Assembly (NCBI GenBank): GCA_027923505.1
Contig: BROI01000017.1
Span: forward strand, 124,001 to 188,000
Direction: 5' to 3'
Length of the DNA: 64,000 nt
Source of the DNA: Mayamaea pseudoterrestris
Lineage: Eukaryota
Positions 56,797-64,000 of this stretch are shown here, piece by piece. The notes beneath the pieces were generated by a model. It had not been told where the DNA came from and ran no database searches. It saw nothing but the letters and a program-made list of their open reading frames with translations. Every line of letters begins with the position of its first letter. Within the stretch, counting starts at the first letter, position 1. A program made the translations under genes and the position numbers.

Positions 56797-57304
56797 ATCG
56801 ATTGCAACTAGCTTATTTAATCAAGTGCTTGTCTTAGCTGCTTGGGGCTAGTGATCAATTACTACATGTAACATCCGTCTGCTTACATGAATCGGTTGAC
56901 GATGCTGCTTGTCGTCGGATGCTCGAGCAATGATGTCATGTGAGTAACGGAACGACAAATTTTTCTGGTACAAATTTCACGTAGAATCTACGTGAGGTTC
57001 TTAAGGTCATTCGTGTCCAATCATCGTGAATAGTAACGAGGCATATATAGTGATGACTCTGATTGACGTTTCGATTCGGATCGAAAATTTGATTGCCACC
57101 ATGGACGAAAGATACGGCGGCCAATTCGTCGACATGACGAGCGCCGGTAGCAGCGGTCGACTAAATATGGATCAAGGAACCAGCTTTAGTGCGTGACGCT
57201 CAGGAGGGAAAGGTTACAAGATATTTGACTGTAGAGTAGTGTGCGTCGTCATTCGTCATCCCAGTCAGCCATCCGATTCCGATTACCGATACCTGAATAA
57301 TTCT

Positions 57305-58258
57305 ATGCGACCATCGCGACTCAGGGCGCTACATATCCTATTACCCGCTTCTCTGCGCTCTCTTGCTTCTTCTGCGTTTTCTCGTCACATCGGAACAGCT
57401 TCGTGGCGTCGGCTTGGTTCAATGTCTGCATCATCGCATTTTGAGCAACAACAGCCTAAAACGATCGAGGATGACAATAGTGTTCACATTATCAGTCCTC
57501 TTGCAGCTGCATCAGCAAACGAAAACGGTTCATCTACTTTGATCATTCTCAATTCACCTATAGCATGTCCACCCAGTCCATTATTCGATTATTTGTGGAA
57601 CTCGAGCCAAGTGCGCATCTGTGCCGACGGTGGAGCCAATCGACTACACAATGCCAATCCCAAATACTTGCCGAATCTCATTGTCGGCGATTTGGATAGC
57701 TTGAACGACTCGGTGCGCGCCTACTATTTACATCAAGATGTTAACATTGAGCAAGATTTTGATCAAGACTGCAATGACTTGGACAAGGCATTGCAGCGAT
57801 GCAGTCAGAAGTCACGCGTCGTGATATACGGGGCCTTTGGCGGACGATTTGACCAGGAAATGGCAAGCATGCAGGCACTGTACAAGTGGGACTCCCACTT
57901 CCCAAAGGGTTTATGGCTTTATAACGATGAGACTTGCGCATGTTTGGTGGGAGGAAGGAGAGCCGTAGAAGACGCATCGTCGCAACGAAAGTATGTAGTG
58001 ACGATGAAACTACCAAATGACGAAATGGATGAATCCAGATTTCCTTGCGAGGGACCAACCTGCGGGCTCATTCCATTGGCGACTCCATGTAGGCGCGTTA
58101 CGACTGATGGATTCAAGTGGAACCTTGCGAATCAGCGGAGCGAGTTTGGGCGCGATGGAATCGTCTCGACATCTAATCACATGATGGGTAAAGCAGTTAC
58201 CATCGAGTCTTCTGACCCTCTGGTCTTTACGGCTGAAGTTCATTCTGGTAATACATGA
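57305..58258 (+). CDS. TPK1: Thiamine pyrophosphokinase
   Basis: LIILN, ICADGGANRL, IVGDLDS, DQDCNDLDKAL, GAFGGRFD, CGLIP, VTTDGFKWNL, VSTSN; Arg/Ser-rich presequence-like N-terminus. Confidence 0.93.
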   Translation: MRPSRLRALHILLPASLRSLASSAFSRHIGTASWRRLGSMSASSHFEQQQPKTIEDDNSVHIISPLAAASANENGSSTLIILNSPIACPPSPLFDYLWNSSQVRICADGGANRLHNANPKYLPNLIVGDLDSLNDSVRAYYLHQDVNIEQDFDQDCNDLDKALQRCSQKSRVVIYGAFGGRFDQEMASMQALYKWDSHFPKGLWLYNDETCACLVGGRRAVEDASSQRKYVVTMKLPNDEMDESRFPCEGPTCGLIPLATPCRRVTTDGFKWNLANQRSEFGRDGIVSTSNHMMGKAVTIESSDPLVFTAEVHSGNT

Positions 58259-58392
58259 GCTTACAATCTTACGTGACTGCTGTTGAAAGCTTTTAAACGT
58301 ATAATTTATTAGGTCAATGAGCGAGCAAGTACGCGACGACGAAAGGACAAGTATATATTATCATAGTCAATTAAACTTTATCGCTTTACTGT

Positions 58393-58944
58393 CTAACCAA
58401 AGAAGGTAGTTGGGCGCTGCGTCGTGAAGGTACGGTCACTGAGCGCCTTTTGTCCGCGCTTGCCCGACATGACTTGATGCGCCAATGGAAACTTGACATC
58501 CTTCTTGGCGTACTGCATGGGGTTGAGACGCTTCAAGTCGGCCGCCTTGACGGTTCCGGTGCGGATGATTTGAATGGAACGAGGTCTGGTGCGGTGTCGG
58601 CCGGCCATTTCATCGTACAGCTGCGTGACGGCTCCCGTGAGCTTCACGTCGCGAAACTCGCGGTACATGTTGTGCGTGCCGGATCGGCTCGAGTATCGCA
58701 ACCAAATGCCATAGTTCTTGACAATTCGGCTGTTCTTCTCAACAATTTCTACGCAGTCAAGAATCTCACCAGTCGTCTTCTTCATTTTGCGAAATTGATG
58801 CATGTAGTACCAGAACTTGGACTTGGCAATCACTGCGTTTGGCGCGAAAATGATCATGCGGTATGCCTCTGGGTTTGGGTGGTCGTCCGTCGCAGCCTTG
58901 CGGCCAACGACTTGGAATTGTTTCATAATACCAGCGACAGTCAT
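58393..58944 (-). CDS. RPL18A: 60S ribosomal protein L18a (eL20)
   Basis: YRMIIFAPNAVIAKSKFWY, KNYGIWLRYSSRSGTHNMYREFRD, MAGRHR. Confidence 0.97.
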   Translation of the reverse strand: MTVAGIMKQFQVVGRKAATDDHPNPEAYRMIIFAPNAVIAKSKFWYYMHQFRKMKKTTGEILDCVEIVEKNSRIVKNYGIWLRYSSRSGTHNMYREFRDVKLTGAVTQLYDEMAGRHRTRPRSIQIIRTGTVKAADLKRLNPMQYAKKDVKFPLAHQVMSGKRGQKALSDRTFTTQRPTTFFG

Positions 58945-59640
58945 GGTTGTATTCTAAAATATCAAGGATATAAAAAACTGGATGAGTTAATGTGGCGCAT
59001 GGCAAAGAACCCCTACTTTCATCAGGCAAATTCCCCAAAGGATCGCTCGAAGGGATCATATATCTAATATCATGATCTGTCATTCAAATACCCTCTCGTT
59101 TGCATCTCCTATTAGCAAATGGACTCGTACCTACAGTATGTAACTGATGAGACAACGACAACAAGCAGGGAGGGTCGACTGCAGCACTTGGTTGTCGAAG
59201 GAGGACGAGAGTTTTAGTAACGCGGTAACTCGATTCGGGGGTTGCGTTGGGGGCGAGATGTTATACCGGTGCGACTGATCACGTTTGATTACCCCTGCGC
59301 CTTCACTTGACAGCCACCGAAATTTGCGCGACGGAACAATCTGCTCGCCTTTCTTCGTCACGTCCTCCAAGCCATCATCCTGCTGCCGTCAGTCTTTCGC
59401 TCATCTCTGCTGTATTTCAATTGACTTTTGACGTTGCATAAGGAGTCTTTTGTCTCTTTCGCTAACGTACAAGACAACACACAAGCTTTGTCCAAGCAAT
59501 CGTTTGCCTTATTCGCCAGCCATCAAGAATTTGAAAGGATCACTTCCTTATCGACAAAAAGACGCCAGTATCTACCAACCCGCTGACAGCACGTTTGTAT
59601 GATTTCATCTCTTCGAACACAACAGTTTTTGTATCTCGTG

Positions 59641-62082
59641 ATGCTCTCTAGCAGTCGCCGCCTCTTGGCAGCCGCCTTTCAGGGCGCTGGAAGGACCTCG
59701 AGTGCGAATGCGAGGTATGCTTTGAAAGGAGGCATGATTGCACCGGCTGCTGCTTCATACCTTGTGTCACCGTTTGATTTGCAATCACGTTTATTTTCGT
59801 CGACTGTCGAGTCGGATCAAGAGCTTGATGCGGCCCTCGAAAATCTCTTTGACCAAATTAAGGTGGAAACCGACCGCGAGGTCGGCGCACATATTCCCAA
59901 TTCCAAGCCCTTTCCGGACAGCTTGACCAAGACGGAACCAGAACTCAGCATGAATGATCTTAGTATTGATCATCCTCAGTGGCACGAAATTGGAATTGAC
60001 GCCAAGATTTTGAACGTGTTAAAGTCCAAGGATATATCACACTTCACTCCAGTCCAAGCGACAGCCATGAAACCTGTTTTGGCTCGTCGCGACATTATTG
60101 GAAGAAGCCGGACAGGAACTGGCAAAACGCTGGCGTTTGGCATCCCAGGAATATTGCGTGTCGTTGAGTTTGCGCAGGCCACTGGCAAGCGAGACGAATC
60201 TGGCCGCATGAAGCGAGGCCGAACGCCGTCCATGATTGTATTGTGCCCGACGCGAGAGCTGGCGCGACAAGTGTATGAGGAACTAGATGAATTTGCCAAG
60301 CTTTTTGGACTTTACTCGACAGTCTTTCATGGCGGAGTCAGCTATGATCCTCAGGCACGCGACTTGAAGGCGGGTATTGATATTCTCATTGGAACACCAG
60401 GTCGCATTATGGATCACCTGAACCGCGGCACATTGAGTTTGGATGCATGTGACATTGCTGTCCTCGACGAGGCGGATGAAATGCTTCGCATGGGCTTTGC
60501 TGAAGATGTGGAAGTAATTCTCGACGGCGTCGGCCAAGACAACCCACAAAAGACCCAATGTCTCTTGTTTTCTGCCACAACACCCAGCTGGGTCAAGGAC
60601 ATTGGTCGCAAGTACCAGCAAAACGTTTTACACATTGATTCGACCGAGGATGAAGGTGGTGCTCGCGTCGCCAAGACAGTCAGACATCTTGCTGTCCAAG
60701 TTCCGCCTGGTATAGAAGCCAAAAAATCTATTTTAGAGGATATCATTGCCGTTGAAATTTCCCGCGATGCCAAGATTGCAGAAGTTTACGGCGAGGAGGA
60801 GGAAGAAACAGTCAGTATGATTGCCATGCGAAAGAAGAAAGCCAACGCGGTCAATGCCTTTCAACAAAAGCTTTTTGGAAAAACTATTGTATTCACGGAA
60901 ACGAAGAAAGTCGCCGACGAAATTGTTTCGGGTGGAGTCTTTAAGAGTCTCACGGCGGCAGCACTGCATGGCGATGTGGGCCAGAAGCAGCGCGACGCTA
61001 CTTTGAATGCCTTCCGAGCTGGCGCGTTTAATGTTCTTGTGGCAACAGATGTCGCTGCGCGTGGAATCGACATCAAGGATGTTGATCTCGTTGTTCAGTT
61101 GGATCCACCTCGCGATGTGGATACATACGTTCATCGAAGTGGGCGAACGGGCCGCGCGGGAGCATCGGGCGTTTCCATCATGCTATTCAGTCCTCAGCAA
61201 GCACGTGACGTTGTTCGAATTGAGCGTGATCTTGGAAAGGGCTTCACGTTTAACCTCGTTGGACCTCCATCCACTGAGGCTGCGTTGCATGCAGCGGCAA
61301 AGACTTCTGCTTTGGCTTGCAAAATGATTCCTGAAGAGACCGCGGAATTTTTTAAGGAATCCGCGGCGCTGCTTCTTGAAGAGAGTGACGATCCAGTTGA
61401 TGTTGTCTCACGGTGTCTTGCTGCCATATCTCGGCGATCAAGAGAAGTCGAAAGTCGGTCGTTACTGACTGGAGAGCTGGGAATGACCACTGTCGAAATG
61501 TCCAACAGTCGAGGACGAATAGTTTCTCCAAACGATGTGGTTTACACTATTAGCAAGCTGGCCAGCATGAGCCGCCGCGAGGAAGGATTGTCTTTCGAAA
61601 GTGATATTGGAAGGATTGTTCCCAATGCAGAAACTGGCGCTGCCGTCTTTGATATGGATGTTGATAATGCGAAAAAGCTAGTTGCCTTTTGCGAAAAGAA
61701 TGATTCTGGGGGCAATGAGTTTAAGATTTTACGCGAGCTTGAGGTGGAGCGTGGCATTAATTTTGGAAAGCAAGGCGGCCGAGGCGGTGGTGGCGGTGGC
61801 AAATTTAGTGATCGCCGTGGCGGTCCTGGCGGCGGATACGGTGGTTCACGGGGACCTTCCAGAGGATACGACTCGCGAGGACGAGGCGGGCCTCCGGGTA
61901 GGAGTACCTACAACAAGTATGATCGAAATGGGAGCAAACCAGAGAGGAGCAGCTTTTCCTATGGAAATCGTCGACCGGATCAGGGTGGCGAACGAGGTGG
62001 ATACAAGGCACGTTATGAACGAGGCAGCTCTGGCACTTCGTTTAGAGACTCGGAAACTAGGCAAGGCTCAGGCGGATGGTAG
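59641..62082 (+). CDS. DEAD-box RNA helicase (DDX21/RH3-like with GUCT-like region and RGG tail), mitochondrial-type presequence
   Basis: SRTGTGKT, PTRELA, TPGR, DEAD, SAT, ARGIDI, HRSGRTGRAG, SRSLLTG; N-terminus MLSSSRRLL...RLFSS. An alternative ATG is at 59599. Confidence 0.93.
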   Translation: MLSSSRRLLAAAFQGAGRTSSANARYALKGGMIAPAAASYLVSPFDLQSRLFSSTVESDQELDAALENLFDQIKVETDREVGAHIPNSKPFPDSLTKTEPELSMNDLSIDHPQWHEIGIDAKILNVLKSKDISHFTPVQATAMKPVLARRDIIGRSRTGTGKTLAFGIPGILRVVEFAQATGKRDESGRMKRGRTPSMIVLCPTRELARQVYEELDEFAKLFGLYSTVFHGGVSYDPQARDLKAGIDILIGTPGRIMDHLNRGTLSLDACDIAVLDEADEMLRMGFAEDVEVILDGVGQDNPQKTQCLLFSATTPSWVKDIGRKYQQNVLHIDSTEDEGGARVAKTVRHLAVQVPPGIEAKKSILEDIIAVEISRDAKIAEVYGEEEEETVSMIAMRKKKANAVNAFQQKLFGKTIVFTETKKVADEIVSGGVFKSLTAAALHGDVGQKQRDATLNAFRAGAFNVLVATDVAARGIDIKDVDLVVQLDPPRDVDTYVHRSGRTGRAGASGVSIMLFSPQQARDVVRIERDLGKGFTFNLVGPPSTEAALHAAAKTSALACKMIPEETAEFFKESAALLLEESDDPVDVVSRCLAAISRRSREVESRSLLTGELGMTTVEMSNSRGRIVSPNDVVYTISKLASMSRREEGLSFESDIGRIVPNAETGAAVFDMDVDNAKKLVAFCEKNDSGGNEFKILRELEVERGINFGKQGGRGGGGGGKFSDRRGGPGGGYGGSRGPSRGYDSRGRGGPPGRSTYNKYDRNGSKPERSSFSYGNRRPDQGGERGGYKARYERGSSGTSFRDSETRQGSGGW

Positions 62083-62159
62083 TCAACAAATATAATTAAT
62101 TATTATGTAATGAAAAATGTAGAGCACACTAAGGCTTGTCACGTTAGATTTTGCTCGCC

Positions 62160-63716
62160 TCACATTCGAAAGGAGTGTCGTTGGTACATGCACGATGTCT
62201 TGAAATAACGACGGCACAAGAGAAACATCATGGCTCCTAGTAGCAACGCTCGGGATGCAACAATGGTCGCTGTAAGGGCGGCAGACTGAGTTTGGCCAAT
62301 CATATGGTCAACTGGAGACGCCGCACCCCGGTAATTGACGCACACCCATTCGCTGTTCGGCAAGGCATGCAAGAGCGACTCCTTGGCTAGATGAAAGTCA
62401 CTGCTGTCGACGGATGCGCCATAAATAGTTTCCTTTCCAGATAACTGAGCCAGACTCAGCCTGGCTGACAGAAGAGATTTACCGTCCTCGCCGATTGATC
62501 GAATCGACACTGACTGCTGGTCCCAGTCAAACTCTAGCTCGCCAAAATTCTTCTCGAGACTGAACTGCAGACCTTGCTTCGAAGCTTCGGCCCCGCCATT
62601 CACAAACAATCCTTTCGCCACATCTTCCGTCTGCGACTCGAGGAGCTCAGTCCACGGACATGTCGCATGCATGGTGGACATGAGCGTCTTGGCCGCAAAG
62701 TGTTCAAAGCGCGCAACCATGGACGCTGATTGAGTCGCCGCAAACAACGGTGGACTCGTCATGGACCCCCACGAGTGCGTCATGCCAGACGTGGTTAATT
62801 CGAGCAAGGGACGGGGAGCGTCATTCGAGTCAACCTTGACGCAGTCCTTGCGCATGAGCTGCGACATGTGCACGTCACCAGAAATCAATATGGGAGACTG
62901 GACGTTCTCCTGCAAAATGGCGTCGAATAGGCGACTGCGGCTGCGTGGAAACTTGTCCCACGACTCGGCAATGTGAGCGTTAGGAAAACGGCTTGCATGA
63001 ACTTGGAGTCCATTCACAACCACATTGACTGTGGCTTGTGAGCGACTGATGGCTTTTTCGAACCATTGCCACTGCTCTTCACCAAGAAAGTCTCCCTCAA
63101 AGTCCGAACGAAAAGCTGCAGATCCCTTCTTCCATGGCGACTTGTTCGTGCGTACGTCGAGCACAAAGATTGCAACCGTCTTGTTGGAGTAAGCTGGCAT
63201 GTAGGGTGCATTCATGGGGCAAGCATCCGGATCGAGGCACGCCTCCTCGTCGGGAATCTCCTGATACCCGACAGGCCGATCAAAGTCGAATAGCTTGACT
63301 CCGTAAACGCCAAGTCCTTCCTGGGTTCGGCGACGCATCGGCGACTGCGCTGGCTCACCCAAAAAGTCAACAAAGGCGAGTCCACTCTCGTGGCGATACT
63401 TGTACGTCGAATCTCCATTGTTGCAGCCAAAGTCATGGTCATCAAACGTGCCAAAAACAGTAATATTGGTCTCCAGCAGGCGTTTGTAGCCAGGCACCGA
63501 CTTTTGAAAGCGATAGAGCGACCGGATTCGTTGAGGCGAGGCGCATGTAGTAGTTGACTTTGGTGGGTAGGTGCTCCAGTCAATTGGCTTGTGTTCATCG
63601 GCGTATATTGCATCGCCGCCCCAGATGAAAGCTGTCGGTGACCTTGACGTGATGACCGGCCAGAGCTTGTTGGTCAAGTCCTGATTGTTGCACGAGCCAA
63701 ATGCGATACGATTCAT
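62160..63716 (-). CDS. PhoD-like alkaline phosphatase/phosphodiesterase with a C-terminal membrane segment
   Basis: IAFGSC, WGGDAIYAD, FDDHDFGCNNGD, LDVR, LGEEQWQW, ESW, ISGDVH, ELTTSG, NFGELEFDW. The 5' structure is unresolved. Confidence 0.9.
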   Translation of the reverse strand: MNRIAFGSCNNQDLTNKLWPVITSRSPTAFIWGGDAIYADEHKPIDWSTYPPKSTTTCASPQRIRSLYRFQKSVPGYKRLLETNITVFGTFDDHDFGCNNGDSTYKYRHESGLAFVDFLGEPAQSPMRRRTQEGLGVYGVKLFDFDRPVGYQEIPDEEACLDPDACPMNAPYMPAYSNKTVAIFVLDVRTNKSPWKKGSAAFRSDFEGDFLGEEQWQWFEKAISRSQATVNVVVNGLQVHASRFPNAHIAESWDKFPRSRSRLFDAILQENVQSPILISGDVHMSQLMRKDCVKVDSNDAPRPLLELTTSGMTHSWGSMTSPPLFAATQSASMVARFEHFAAKTLMSTMHATCPWTELLESQTEDVAKGLFVNGGAEASKQGLQFSLEKNFGELEFDWDQQSVSIRSIGEDGKSLLSARLSLAQLSGKETIYGASVDSSDFHLAKESLLHALPNSEWVCVNYRGAASPVDHMIGQTQSAALTATIVASRALLLGAMMFLLCRRYFKTSCMYQRHSFRM

Positions 63717-64000
63717 GTTGCACTAGAGAGGCGCAGAGTTGAAGAATGAGACTGAAAGTTGCTCTGTCAAAATCTTGAGCTGTAGGCTCACTTACGAATG
63801 GTAGAATCTACTAGCAACCGAGGTTCGAACGAGCAAAACTAAGGCAAGTGATCCAACATGTGCGTATTGCAACAGCCAGGAACATTAACGTCATTTGCCG
63901 CGATGAAGAATCTCAAAGGAGATTCGATCTCCCATTAGCTTTGCGTATCAAGGCGAAGAATCTGTCGGCATCTCGAGGATCGACTATAACGAATCTCGCG

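Noticed and set aside
63717..63900. Upstream signal-peptide exon for the PhoD gene via a GTAAGT...TAG intron (63795-63723)
   Set aside because: The splice sites look plausible, but no upstream ATG frame joins in phase without a stop. It may be a 5' UTR intron or a sequence error; left unresolved.

Overview
Eukaryotic nuclear DNA, most likely from a diatom. Evidence: short GT-AG introns, bipartite 'signal peptide + AF' organelle presequences, and a diatom-type Ty1/copia element. The window has three parts. (1) 1-2.9 kb: the 3' part of an ESCRT-III SNF7 gene and a spliced, probably plastid-targeted HNH endonuclease gene. (2) About 3.07-26.05 kb: a gene-free repeat domain with three different nucleosome-sized tandem repeats (about 183 bp, about 172/187 bp, and a dominant, highly homogeneous, dyad-rich 169-bp satellite of roughly 75 copies). 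It is bracketed by diverged monomers in inverted orientation and interrupted by a young but internally broken Ty1/copia element, whose primer-binding site looks like a tRNA-Asn half-molecule site. This is a candidate satellite centromere or heterochromatic knob. (3) 26.4-64 kb: dense euchromatin with an ankyrin protein, MTHFR, TOP1, a PAM18-like J protein, PrxQ, a GAT protein, a kinesin, a JmjC protein, gamma-tocopherol methyltransferase, dephospho-CoA kinase, a carotenoid oxygenase, two small spliced genes missed by the ORF track (one is ATP synthase subunit f-like), a Cys-rich surface protein, TPK1, RPL18A, a DEAD-box helicase and a PhoD phosphatase. The most striking gene is a single-chain UvrB-UvrC fusion with an organelle-type presequence. 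It keeps all the helicase and both nuclease motifs but lacks both UVR coiled coils, the Cys-rich region and the HhH domain, and its damage-sensing hairpin is altered. It is a candidate minimal organellar excision-repair enzyme. All calls come from reading the sequence by eye; no searches were run.
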